From Octopus sinensis (lineage: Eukaryota): DNA of 64,000 bases. The stretch lies in NCBI RefSeq assembly GCF_006345805.1, contig NC_042998.1:41044001-41108000 (forward strand), written 5' to 3'. The position numbers and the translations under genes are program-made. The stretch's first letter is position 1; the number at the start of each line of letters is the position of its first letter. The notes beneath the pieces are model-generated. The model made no database searches. It was not told the DNA's origin and was given only the letters and a program-made list of their open reading frames with translations. Shown piece after piece: positions 1 through 11,720 of the stretch.

Positions 1-93
1 GATTCAGTATCATTCTTTGTTACTGGGCTGTATGAATGATATACAGATGAATGAACACACACATACAATATCTTTTTTTTCTTCCTCTTTTAG

Positions 94-309
94 AAACTTC
101 GAAGTGATCTTCAAGAACATATACATAGTTTAGAATATGTGAATAAAACAGGCCAACAACTGGTAAAGAAATCTCAAAGCAATGAGAGAGCTAAATCTCT
201 TGAGACTGATTTAATATCCTTGAACTGTAGATGGAGTGAAGTTTTTAATACAGTTGATGTACGTATGGATATTCTCGATAGAACTATTGGACAACTGCAG
301 TCATTTCAG
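94..309 (+). CDS. DMD: Dystrophin rod-domain exon (window exon 1, 216 nt, phase 0/0)
   Basis: Polypyrimidine tract + tag|; open frame KLRSDLQEHIHSLEYVNKTGQQLVKK...LNCRWSEVF...QLQSFQ; donor CAG|gtacaa; spectrin-repeat pattern. Confidence 0.92.
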
Positions 310-835
310 GTACAATCTCTTAAAATAATCACTTTTACTTTTTATAAAAACAAAAGTTAAAAATTCTCATTACCCACAAGAATGATTAAAGTACTTTATC
401 AAGAACTAATTACATAGAATTTGTTGAAAATATGTTTATGCCATTTTGGAATGAATTAATCCAATTTTCATAATTACATTTTTATAGGATTGAGTTATTA
501 AATTCTTACTTGTTAGTTAAATATTTTTAAAAAATATTTTTTACATTGTAATTTTTATGATTATGAAAAACCATTTTACTTTTTCTATAAAAATGTATTT
601 TAATGTAACTCTTCTGTTTGATAGTAATTACTTTTCTATACTAAGTGGTATAAACAAAAATAATTTCATTACAAATCTACAATCATTTTCAAACAGTAAT
701 GCAAAGTGGATTATCTTTTCATCATTATATTTGTTTTATCCAATTAATTTTGTATTAATTGTGAAAATATGTTTTCTCTTCCAAACTAGTCATTGACTCT
801 TAAATATAACTGAATATTTCTTAATTTATTCATAG

Positions 836-949
836 AATCAATTGGTTGGCATGGTCCGCTGGACGAAAGAAATGCAGGTGTTTTTACAGGCTGATGATCC
901 AGCAACAGGAGATTTACAAACTCTTGCTGCTCAAATGAATGAAAGCAAT
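836..949 (+). CDS. DMD: Dystrophin exon 2 (114 nt)
   Basis: catag| NQLVGMVRWTKEMQVFLQADDPATGDLQTLAAQMNESN |gtaaga; resembles recalled human WMAEVDVFLKEEWPALGD. Confidence 0.93.
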
Positions 950-1215
950 GTAAGAATTGTAATACAACAATCTTTTCTTTTTCTTAAATGAAGTTATTTT
1001 AATTTTAAATTATAGTCAATCACATCAATGAATCATGTAAAATGATTTTTAAAAATTAACAGGAATATTAAAGAAAAACATATGATGTTATTTTAAAATT
1101 TTGAAAATATTTTTTATAACCAAATCGTTTTAAAACAAATTATTTTCATAAAAAAAAGTTTCGGAAAAAATGTCTGGTGATTGTTGCAATACTGATCTTT
1201 TCTATTTACTTATAG

Positions 1216-1542
1216 GGAGTTCTTGAAGATATTTTAACATTACAAGAAAATGTTGATAGTATTGGGGAACTGCATAATCAACTGTGTGAATATGCTGATG
1301 AACAATTTACTAAAGACATAAAAGAACAGGTGAAAGATATGAATGAAAAGTGGAATAGTGTTGTTACTCTTGCCCAAGAACAGAACACTCGTCTTGCTAA
1401 TGCAATCAAATACAGTAAAGATATTTTCTCCAGAATGGAAAGCTTAACTAAGTGGACAGAACAACAAAAACAGCAACTCAACAACAAGGATTATGCAGTG
1501 GATAGTATCAACGATTTGTTAGTTAAAAATAAAAAATTCAAG
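1216..1542 (+). CDS. DMD: Dystrophin exon 3 (327 nt)
   Basis: tatag| GVLEDILTLQENVDSIGELHNQLC...MNEKWNSVV...RMESLTKWTEQQK...KNKKFK |gtacag; contains ORF 1330..1560. Confidence 0.93.
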
Positions 1543-2161
1543 GTACAGTATAATTTTTAGAAATTTAACTTCTCTATTATAATCGTATACCCCTGTCATC
1601 CATGTACTATTTTAATTTAAAGCTAAATAATTTTGTATTACTTTATATCAGTCTTGTCAAATAAATATTTTTGTAATGATGTATTAAAAGAACAAGCTCA
1701 TACATACTTAACATCATAAAATTCATTTGATTTCATCAATTTTAGAGAAGGGTTAACAAAATGTCCATTGTCTGGAAATCTTTCATAACATACTCGTAAC
1801 CTCTTCAGCAACTCTTCCATCCCACATGGAAGAATCACTGAAGAGGTTACAAGTATGTGACAGTAGTTTACAACATTATTTTCTTCAGTGGCCTATCAAT
1901 TTAGTACTGTTATAAAAAAAATTAAAGTTTTGAGAACAATTTCTTGTTTGTTCATAAGCTGTCAGACTGACATTCATGCATTGCAGACACACCCACATAA
2001 CTCCACACAGATCCACAACTCGGTGCATTCACTCACACATACACATTCACTTACTAGTCAACAAATAATAAATACTATGGAAATGTATTTAAAATTGTGT
2101 TATAAAAGAAATTTGCTCTTATTGTAATATAAAATTTAGTTTATTTTTACTTCAATTTTAG

Positions 2162-2369
2162 TCTCTGAAGCAAGAAGTTTTGGAGAAAGAACTTGAGATA
2201 AATAGACTGAACTCGGAAGCTAATGTTTTGTTAAATAAAAGCAAAAGCTTACAGGAGATGGGACGTGCTTTAATGAAGTTAAATTCTCTTTGGAAAGATG
2301 TTTACCAGCGAGTTATCTACTATTCTACTGTTTATGAACAAAGTGATGTGAAGTGGTATAAATTTAAAG
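2162..2369 (+). CDS. DMD: Dystrophin exon 4 (208 nt, phase 0/1)
   Basis: ttttag| SLKQEVLEKELEINRLNSEANVLL...LNSLWKDVYQR...KWYKFK g|gtatga. Confidence 0.9.
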
Positions 2370-2397
2370 GTATGACTTACTGCACTAAATAATTACC

Positions 2398-2830
2398 ATT
2401 TACTCTTTTACTTGTTTCAGTCATTTCGATTGTGGCAATGAGGGAGAACTATCTTAAAGGGTTTTTAGTTGGAGCAGTTGACCTCAGGACATATTTTTTG
2501 TGAGCCTAGTACTTATTCTATCAGTCTCTTTTGCCAAACCTTTAAAAGACACCAATATTGGTTGTCAAATGATGGTGGAGGAGGGACAAACGCAGACAAA
2601 GCCACATATACGTAAATACATACGCGCGCGCGCGCACACACACACACACACAAACATATATATAAACGATGGGCTTCGTTCAGCTTCCGTCTACCAAATC
2701 CACTCATAAGGTTTTGGTTGACCTGAGGCTATAGTAGAAGACACTTACCCAAAGTGTCCCACAGTGGGACTGAGCCTGGTACCATGTGGTTGAGAAGCAA
2801 GCTTCTTACCACACAGCCGTGCCTGCACCC
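2398..2830 (-). mobile_element. tRNA-derived SINE family A, near full length
   Basis: Minus strand: tRNA-like head (ggcacggctgtgtggtaag...ggctcagtcccact), CORE-like ctttgggtaagtgtcttct, internal microsatellite, body and (aagagta)-type tail; homologous copies at 40330 and 48215. Confidence 0.8.
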
Positions 2831-4110
2831 ATATATGCAATCTCAAAAAATAAATTTTGATAATTGTATTTCATGTGGTTTTCATTGTTTCATGTTTAAC
2901 CTATAATTGAATTTATGATTTCGTTTTAAAATTTTCTATTTATGTCTGAAAGTTTAAATTATACCTTTTTCAAAATAGTCATTATATTTTGTGCTCCTTA
3001 AAAACATTTTGCATTTTTTTTTCTATCCTAGCATGAGATGAACTGATTTTCATAGCAAATAAATTTTTGGAACTTGATATTTTGCAGCCAGATTCTCTTC
3101 CTAATTTGAATTATGTAACTATTGAATGGTATATGACATTTTAGCTGATTGCAAAAAAGCAGGAAAATCTCTTCCCCAAGAGTACTAACTATGACTTAAC
3201 CAACCCTCATTCCTACAAATTACTCAGAGCCCACCACTCCAACATATATGATTCTCTTGATCTTTTTTCCATGCTTGTGAGGATGGAATAATCTTTTGAT
3301 TGAACAGTTGTTTTCATGACTGGATGCTCTTACTGCTAACTACTTAAATATGAAGCAAAAGGGAACCTGCTTTTCATTCACTCTGGCAAACTAGCATATG
3401 CAGAGTTAGGTGCCTTGACCATAGATGCCACAATGGCATCATCCCGGTTCATAATGCTTTTGTTATCATATTCCTGCTGAAATACCCTGTATTTTTAAAA
3501 TTAATTCTGAAGATAATGAAAGATTTAGTCAAGTAACTCATTATTAAGGTGATGTTTCAAACATTACTTCATTTGGAATTTTATTGGAAGGTTTTAATTT
3601 ATTTCATTTTAAAAGAAGAGGTTTGGGTGATAGAATCAGGCATTAGGTGCCATAGGCAGGTAGATATCAAAAAGGTTAAATCACTGCCATTCATTATGGT
3701 AAATAAAAATTTAAAACCTATTTATTCTCATATGGAAATAGTGAATCCTTTAATGAAATGATTAGCCATAACAACTTGGATTACAGTTAAAACTTCATTG
3801 AAGCAGCCATCAAAAAAAGTGTCTAAATTATAAAATTAACATTCTTGTAATTATCTGTTTTTGGAGAGAATTCTCTCTCCCCTATTTTACATAGATAAAC
3901 AAGAAATATCTTTTAAGCAGAAATACATTATTTAAAAAATTTTCTCTTCATATGAATAACATTGTAATTTTCTAAAACTGTCCATTTTGTGTTATAGCCT
4001 TTGTCCTTATAATCTATATTAGTCTGTTGGAAATATCTTGAGTATATTTGTTTCTGTTTTTTTGTTTTTTTTCTGTAACTAAATCATTCAGATTAATTTT
4101 ACAATTTTAG

Positions 4111-4211
4111 AATTGATTCAGTCAGAGAAAAATTTTCAAGAAGCTTTAAATAAGAAAATTCAACATGAAGCAAACTGCTCTGATGCTGAAGAAATTTCAG
4201 GAGAGCTTGAG
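4111..4211 (+). CDS. DMD: Dystrophin exon 5 (101 nt, phase 1/0)
   Basis: ttttag| (E)LIQSEKNFQEALNKKIQHEANCSDAEEISGELE |gtaaag; restores the frame from exon 4; AEEIS motif as in dystrophin; absent from the ORF track. Confidence 0.88.
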
Positions 4212-4479
4212 GTAAAGTGAAAGTTTTATTTTACTCATTAAAATTATTTCACATATATCTTTGAAAATCCAGTTGTGTTCATTTTACTTTTATTTTTCCA
4301 TGCTAGCATGGGTTAGTTGAATATATTACTTTGGCAGTGTGTTACTGCCAGATGTCCTTGTTGTTAGCATTTGCTTGTTTTTCAAATATGGGATCATTTA
4401 TTTCACACATCTTTGAAGGTATGAAGTGAAGTGACAACAGCAACAATGCTTGCACTGAGCAGCTTTTATAGAGCCTAAA

Positions 4480-4640
4480 TACAAACAAACACGTGTGTAT
4501 ATGCACTCACACATGCACATAAACACATTGGGCTTCTTTCAATTTCTCTCTGCCAAATTCATTCACAAGGTTCTGGTTGGTTTAGAACTAAAACCAAAGC
4601 CACATATTTGGACATAAACTTCTTAACTACACAGCCATTT
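4480..4640 (-). mobile_element. SINE family A, partial
   Basis: gggcttctttcaatttctctctgccaaattcattcacaagg...cttcttaactacacagcc, homologous to 2670-2820. Confidence 0.65.
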
Positions 4641-4831
4641 CAAATGAAAATTAGTTGATATACCATCCATCAGTAAGAAATAGTTATTAATTTTAATACT
4701 TCTTTTTAAATTAATTGTTTCATTCATACTTGTACACACAGCATAGGCATGTTTTGAGTTGTTCTTTTAGTGTTATGCTTTAATATTTTTCTAATAAATA
4801 CATTGTATATTTGTATGTATATATATACCAG

Positions 4832-4984
4832 GAACTAGAAAGCTTAATGAGGGATCATCCTAAAGACACAAAGGAACGTATCCAACAATTATCTCAGGAT
4901 CTTATAAACAATAGCATTATGGTAAATCTTGTCAAAGAAGAACTGGCTCAGCTTGAAAATTTTGGTGAATCTATAGAACATAAG
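4832..4984 (+). CDS. DMD: Dystrophin exon 6 (153 nt)
   Basis: accag| ELESLMRDHPKDTKERIQQLSQDLINNSIMVNLVKEELAQLENFGESIEHK |gtaagt. Confidence 0.9.
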
Positions 4985-5127
4985 GTAAGTGACTGAGATT
5001 TAAATTGCTTATATTTAAAAATAAATTTTGATAGTTCAGTATCTTTATTACTTACCTTTTAATACTTTACATTTTTATCAAACATAACATAATATTCACT
5101 TAAACACTACTAAAATATTATTATGAT

Positions 5128-5367
5128 AATGATAATAATAATAATAATTGTTTCTAATATAGGCACATGGTTTGAAATTTAGGAGAGTGGGGTTGATTGA
5201 TTAAATCAATCCTAGTACTTGACTGAAACATTTTATTTTTCTTAACCCTGGAAGTATGAAAGATGAGTTAACTTTGGTGAGATTTGAACTCAGAATGTAT
5301 AGAGCTTGAAGAAATCCTATATGGTATTTTCTCCAATGTACTAATGATTCTGCCATTCCATCACCTT
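5128..5367 (-). mobile_element. tRNA-derived SINE family B
   Basis: (aat)n tail, taggcac, gaaagatgagttaactttggtgagatttgaactcagaa (B-box on minus strand); homologous to 5618 and 50467 copies. Confidence 0.7.
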
Positions 5368-5475
5368 TAGTAACAGTTTAAAATATTACTAATTGTTTCT
5401 AATTTAAAATTAAAAATTTTTTTTTCAGTTTTTGTTAATTTACTAATTTAATGAATGTTTTTTTTTCCTGATTTT

Positions 5476-5617
5476 AATAATAATAATAATAATAATGAAA
5501 ATGATTTATAATAATAATAATAATAATGAAAATGATTTATAATAATAATAATAATAATAATAATGAAAATGATTTATAATAATAATAATAATGAAAATGA
5601 TTTATAATAATAATAAT
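5476..5617. repeat. Compound minisatellite [(AAT)n-GAAAATGATTTAT] x4
   Basis: Four copies of gaaaatgatttat separated by AAT runs, abutting a SINE tail. Confidence 0.9.
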
Positions 5618-5829
5618 ATTTCTACTATAGGCACAAGGCCTGAAATTTTGGGGGAGGGGTTAGTTGATTACATCAGCTCCATTGTGTAACTGGTACTTAT
5701 TTAATCAACCCAAAAAGAATGAAAGGCAAAGTTGACCTTGGTGGAATTTGAACTCAAAGTGTAAAGACAAACGAAATGCTGCCAAACATTTTGCCCAATG
5801 TGCTAACGATTCTGCCAGCTCGCTGCCTT
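5618..5829 (-). mobile_element. SINE family B, well preserved
   Basis: tttctactataggcacaaggcctgaaatttt...gaaaggcaaagttgaccttggtggaatttgaactc...tctgccagctcgctgcctt. Confidence 0.8.
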
Positions 5830-6479
5830 AATAATAATAACAGTAACTGTCTCTCTGTGGTCCTTGTTGTGACTTGACAGATAGTACAAACCCCAAGTAG
5901 ACACAATATCTTTAATCTACAACATCACAATACTGGATACTGTACATCTTCAATAATAATAATAATAGTCCTTTCTACTATAGGCACAAGAGACAGTACA
6001 TGAATGAAATATACACTGTTGGAAAAAAAGAAAATGTTAAAGAGAAAAGGCCCTTAACAGCTAAGAAATTTACCTAGAGTAATTTGTGGGGGCAACCACA
6101 CACACACAACACACAAAGTCCCAGATTATTCAAATGTATCATAGGCATTAGAAGTGCTCAGTTTCTTACATTATTGACAATGCGTAATCAGCAAGCCTAT
6201 TTAACTTCATTGATGACACCACTCTCTTCTACAACTGAAAATTAGCATTACCCTCTCTACTTTCACTTTCCCCTTAAAGATGTTGTTGAGGACTTTGTCA
6301 GAAGTGGGGGGGGGGGACTTTTATCATTGAAACAATTTGTGTCCACACAACTTCTTTCACCCTAACCACCAGACAGGGGCTGACCAGTTGCACTTTTCCT
6401 TGTAAAAAGCAAGTGGAAGATTGATCTACACTATAGACTTGTAAGCATTGGCAGCAGATGGATCTCTTTATCAGTAAAA

Positions 6480-9400
6480 CTTATCACTTCTGCTAGAAGT
6501 AAATGAACATGTGTCCCATTCTAGTCAGGTGTTTCCTCAAATGAGGCATGGTGGTCAAAGGGTAGTACACCAATAAAATGTTGGCATTAGCCACTTCTTC
6601 CTGATCTTTCAAGCCCTTTAATTTGCATGCACATTGACTTGTTCTGATTGATATGTGTTCCTGTAACTTCATGGTATTTTGGTAGTGTGGTACCACCTAT
6701 GTAGATTTCCAAAGTGTCCGACACTGTGATGAGGACATGACTTTCACTTGACCCAGTTGAAATAGGATGTTTGTCAATATCTCCAACCACCACAACAATA
6801 GCTCCACCAGCAAAACATACAAAAGAAAGGAGATGATGCTTTCTTGACACACTTCAGTCACAATGCAAAATGGTTCAGAGGAGTAGCTGTTTGGTTTTTG
6901 ACTGCCAAACAGATGTCACTGTACTTTGCAACAACCCAGCTTCTGAAAATGGGGTTGAACCCAGCTGATCTTAGGGTAGCTGCTTTGTTGAACCTGTTTA
7001 TGATCTTTAGGCTGATCTAAATTGATCACCATTTCACTTAAACCATATCTACACTAGATTGCTCAAGATAAAAGTTGTGGTTAGAACTACCAAGGATTGT
7101 GAAAATTTATGCATTTCCAGCTATACTATTAATGACAAGTGCCAACTTCTTGGCAAGTACCTTTGCCAAAAGTTTTAACTTTGTGCTTAACAGAGTTATG
7201 GACCTGAAATTGTCTATCATGCCCGTGTTGTTTCCATCATTCCTCAACAGTATCACCACCTTTCAGTCCACTTGGCTGGGAATATTTGCAGTCTGTTGCC
7301 ACTCATAATAGATAGCTACCAAGCATGCAGCAATGTAAGGTCGATCATTCAGTATTCTCTATTTTGTAATACACAAATCCTAACGATTTGGCCCTTGCAC
7401 ATTAGTTCAACAAGTCTGTCTTTCTGTGTGCTAATGATATCAACCATTTCCAGTTTTACTCCTTGTAAAGAGTTTGGTAAAATGCTACTAAAAAATCACA
7501 CACATTTGCTCAGAATTGGATGGTATGTGCCTACTGTAGTTTGTGCGAGATCAAAATGTAACTTTATCACTGAGTCTCTACTACTCTAGCCTATTAAATA
7601 GTTCACTTGCCTTTATATTACTGTACACACATCCTTATACAGATAGTGTATCCTTCATGCTTTGTGTTTAAGTTATGGTTAAAGGTTTTCCTCTCCACCA
7701 GCACATCATTTATGATACCTTTTCTAGTCAGCTCCTCTTCTATTCTCTATTGCTACTTCTTTACCAAAAGTAACAAAGCTATCCTGGTTTTCCTTTTTTG
7801 TAGGAGTCACCTATTGTTAATCATCTTCCACACCCAACTTATGTGTTTTGCTAATATAGTCTCCAAAATATTTCCTTACTGGAAAGGTGTCTTAGCTTCC
7901 ATTTGTTCCATTTAAGTTGACTATACAGATTATGAATTTGTGGTCCATGTTGCCAACTATTTAAAACTTTGAACAGTCTATGGTAATCTTTGTTCAAGTT
8001 CACATTGACAATTTAAGAAAATCAAAATAATAACTGTTGGTACTGCCTGAGTTGGTTTGTACAACTTTTGTACACCTCTCTCCTAAAGCTACACTCAAAC
8101 AGCCCGTATGTCTTGTAGATGACATCCTCCCTTTCCAATAATGCTAATGTGTAAGAGGTCCCTAAGAATGTCTTTAACAGCTAAAGAAATCCAGCTGAAT
8201 GCACCAAAACTGTCAGTTATAATATATTTTGCCCTTGTTTGTAGAAATTTCACCAATTCATTGTTCCTCTTCAGAGAACAGTATCATTGACGAGTTTGTG
8301 CTATTATTGTTGTTTCTGCTGTTGCCATTGTTATAGCTCTTTTTGTTACTGTAGTTGTAGCTATTATAGTTACTGTGATTGTTGATTGCCTGTTGGCTTG
8401 TTGGTCTGGCTGCACTTCATAGTTTTTGTTAGTCCTTGTGCAAACAAAACTTTGGGTTATGAAAGTTAAACATCAGTTTGTTTTCCCTTGTGCCTCTTTC
8501 TCAATCCCCCTACTTCCAGAATTTTTGATGCTTTCTTTGATTCTTGTTCATTCAAATGATAGCTGGATGTTGTAAGTAGGGACCCTTCTTCATGAGCCCC
8601 TTTCTCTTTGAATTAGAAGTTGTTGTTGCAGCTGCTGCTATTTTAGTGGTTGCAATAGTTGGAAGAAGGCACACAGCTTTTGTCTTCTGCCCTGTGGGAC
8701 TCAATGCTTTAAAGTGGTTTGCTTTACTGTAAATGTAACATTTGCATTTCCTATTCACAACCACCTGTGTCTGTTCATACTCTTTGAAACAGAAATATTC
8801 AAGGATTTCAGAAAGACTTCCAATTGTGACTAACTTTTAGAACACAAGTTAAGAGCTATGTTCCTCCACCATTGCCACCACACTAGCTTAACACATGTAA
8901 GGCAGCATGGTATCACACAAATTCCTGGAACATGCACATGGCTTGGACCACTTATCATCATTCCACACAGTCTCCTCACTACACACTCCACTTACATTGT
9001 CTTCCAGATATTTTTTGATTTGTGCTGGAGTCACATAGTGCAACTTCCAAGCTTGATTATTGTTGTACCTATACAAAATAGTTCTGATTCAGATGCTATT
9101 TATTTCCTTAGCCAGAAAGTACCCTCACTTCAGGGTAATAATCTTGCTTTTTTTTTTAAAAGCTTCAGTCTTGCCCTTGAGGGAATGGGGTATCCTATGA
9201 CTTGTAGGATGGGCAAATGTGAAGTCCTTTTTCTTTTTTCTTTTGAGGTTTCATCATTTGTTATTTTGTTGCATATGGGAGTATAAATTTTTATATTTGC
9301 ATGTCTTTGTAGTTTGTCAATGCATCTGCTTTGGCTGAGATGTTAACGCTTTTAGTTGCCATAAAAACAAGATTAATGACTGTTAGCATGATGTTGTTGT

Positions 9401-9500
9401 TGCTGTCCTTATTAAATATTGTAGAGTCATTACCATTTTCGCTCTTTGAATTTACCTCTTTCCTCTCTATCAACTTCCTCCATCAAGAACATTTTGATGC
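6480..9500 (-). mobile_element. Decayed L1/Tx1-like LINE (RT core about 6480-7560; upstream part uncertain)
   Basis: Minus-strand translation: VILLRNDGNNTGMIDNFRSITLLSTKLKLLAKVLAKKL; INLDQ; LRSAGFNPIFRSWV; YHEVTGTHINQNKS; EQMCVIF**HFTKLFTRS. Many stops and frameshifts. The 7900-9500 assignment (EN/ORF1) is weak. Confidence 0.65.
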
Positions 9501-9529
9501 CAATGTGGGAATTTTTTTTTTAATTGAAA

Positions 9530-9901
9530 TCTCTCTATATATAAACGGCAGTTTGTCTGTGTGTGTTTCTGTGTGTCTGTTACGTTGTACCCTCACCCTG
9601 ACCACGGCTTTCAACCGATTCTGATGAAACTTGACACACACATAGCCCAATGTCATAATTCAAAACTAACGCAGCCAAAATTTTGAAAAGTTCTCCCAGT
9701 TCTGAAAAAAATCGATAAATTCGACATGGGGTCGAGAATCAGAAACACAAACCACAGACTGTCTAGGGGACGCAACTCCACCTTTTTAACTAAAAAAAAA
9801 ATTTACCATCATTTTTTTCCCATTTTTTGGCTATAACTCTCTAAAAATGCTTTATAGTTATTTCCCTTACAAACCCGAGCAACGCCGGGCGATACTGCTA
9901 G
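9530..9901 (+). mobile_element. Non-autonomous Helitron
   Basis: A|TC...tatatata 5' end; subterminal hairpin cccgagcaacgccggg (9874-9889); CTAG|T 3' end; no target-site duplication. Confidence 0.8.
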
Positions 9902-9910
9902 TTTAAGATA

Positions 9911-10942
9911 CAGGGGTTGGACAAAATAATGGAAACACCTTAAAATTTCAAACAAATTTATTTTAATAAAAGGTAGGACCACCTTTGGCAGTAATTACAG
10001 CTTGAATTCTATGAGGTATGGACTCGTACAAAGTTTGAATTGTTTCCAAAGGAATTTTTGTCCATTCTTCAGCTATAACAGTGTCCAGTTCTTGTAGTGA
10101 CAATGTGAAGGATATCGACTCCTTACTTGCTTTTCTAAAATGCATGATAAATTTTCATTGATATTGGGCCGGCAGATTTCCAAGATATAGCCCCCAGATC
10201 ATCACAGATCTTAACGGTTGGAAGAAAGCAATCTGGGTCAAATGCTTCTTTTGACTGTCTCCACATGTATACTTGGTCAAGTGGTTGGAAATAGGGTAAA
10301 GGATGACTCATCTGAGAAAATAACATTCTTCCACTGCTCTAGGGACCAATTCTATAGGTTTTTGCTCCACTCTAAACACATTGCAACGTTTGTTTTTGAA
10401 AGTAGTGGTTTTCTGATTGCAGCTCTCCTGTGAAATCTGGCTTTGTGCAGCTCCCGGCAAACAGTTTTTGTGGAAACTGGGTTCTCAGTCATCAAACTCT
10501 GCAGTAATTTTGTGAGCTGTACTGTTGTGATCCTTTCTAACAATCTGTGTAAGAGTCCGACGGTCCCTATCGGAAAGTTTGGGTTTGCTTCCAGAGTTTT
10601 GTTTCGACGAGGAGGTTTCCCCCTCTTTCTCAAATGATGTCACTACTTTCAAAACAGTACTTTTTGATATACCAAACATTTTGGCTGTTTTCATTAGACT
10701 AGCGTCTGCCATACGGGCACCAACAATTTTGATCTCTTTGAAAGTCTAATAGATCTGTCATTTTAATGAATTTTAATTACCTTTTTCTGATGATATCTGG
10801 AAAGAAACAGCAATTTTAGCAAAACATATTAAGCAACACTAATAATAAATCAAAAAACATAAAAACAAACAAGCTTTTGACTGTTTTATAGATATTTCAA
10901 AATTATGATGCTAGGTGTTTCTATTATTTTGTCCACCCCCTG
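9911..10942 (-). mobile_element. Tc1-like DNA transposon copy 1, internally deleted
   Basis: TA|caggggttggacaaaataatggaaacacct and aggtgtttctattattttgtccaccccctg TIRs; transposase pieces AKMFGISKSTV, KPLLS, FSDESSF, IPHRIQAVITAKGGPTFY. Confidence 0.93.
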
Positions 10943-10952
10943 TGTGTATATT

Positions 10953-10957
<5 letters not shown>

Positions 10958-10987
<30 letters not shown>
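10958..10987. repeat. (TA)n microsatellite
   Basis: Direct reading. Confidence 0.95.
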
Positions 10988-10989
<2 letters not shown>

Positions 10990-11224
10990 CACAACTATAT
11001 ATCAATCATCATCGTTTTAACACTCACATTTCCATGCTTGCATGGGTCAGATGGAGTTTACTGAAGCAAATTTTCTATGTCCGAGCTGTTTTTGTTACCA
11101 ACCCACAACTGTTTCCAAGCAGAGTAATATATCCCCATGACCAGAATGTTTTCACAGAATGTTGGAAATGAATGACATTCATTTACAACAATCACATGAT
11201 GTCAGAGCATGGAGACAAGCCCAT

Positions 11225-11422
11225 GTGTGCACCCTCAAACAAACATACACACACACTTACAATGGGTTCTTTTTCAGTTTCCATTCTACCAAATCCACTC
11301 ATAGGACTTTCATAGGACTGTGTAAGCCAGAGGCTATAGTAGTAGACCTAGGTGCCACATAGTGGCACTGAATCTGAAACCATGTGGTTGGGAAGCAAAC
11401 TTCTTAATCACAGGGCCATTCC
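11225..11422 (-). mobile_element. SINE family A, 5' half
   Basis: ttcagtttccattctaccaaatccactcatagg...aaaccatgtggttgggaagcaaacttcttaatcacag. Confidence 0.75.
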
Positions 11423-11424
11423 TG

Positions 11425-11720
11425 CATCATACCATCATCATCATTATCATTTAACATCCATCTTCCATGCTTGCATGTGTTGGACAGTTGAGAGGATACA
11501 ACAAACCAGAGGACTGTGTTGAGCTCTATTTTTTCATAGTTTCTACAGCTGGATGCCCTTCCTAATGCCACCTACTTTACAGAGGGTAGTGTGTATCTTT
11601 TGTGACATTGGTACTAATGAAGGTCACCAGGTAACTCAAAAGTTACCTTGTTGAGTTGGTGTCTTGCTGTAGAGAAGATACATGGCTATCCCACATTATA
11701 TAAGGAAGGAGTAGCTGGAA
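11425..11720 (-). mobile_element. RTE 3'-tail-type element with (GAT)n tail
   Basis: catcatcatc...tttaacatccatcttccatgcttgcatg...tttctacagctggatgcccttcctaatgcc; same sequence as the end of the RTE at 23700-23850. A related copy lies at about 11005-11215. Confidence 0.7.

Noticed and set aside
5476-5617. Repeat-spacer pattern reminiscent of CRISPR
   Set aside because: Spacers are pure (AAT)n, the unit is only 13 bp, the context is eukaryotic and there are no cas genes
8858-9624. 142-aa and 97-aa plus-strand ORFs
   Set aside because: They lie antisense to the low-complexity, purine-rich putative LINE 5' region or run into the Helitron; composition artefacts
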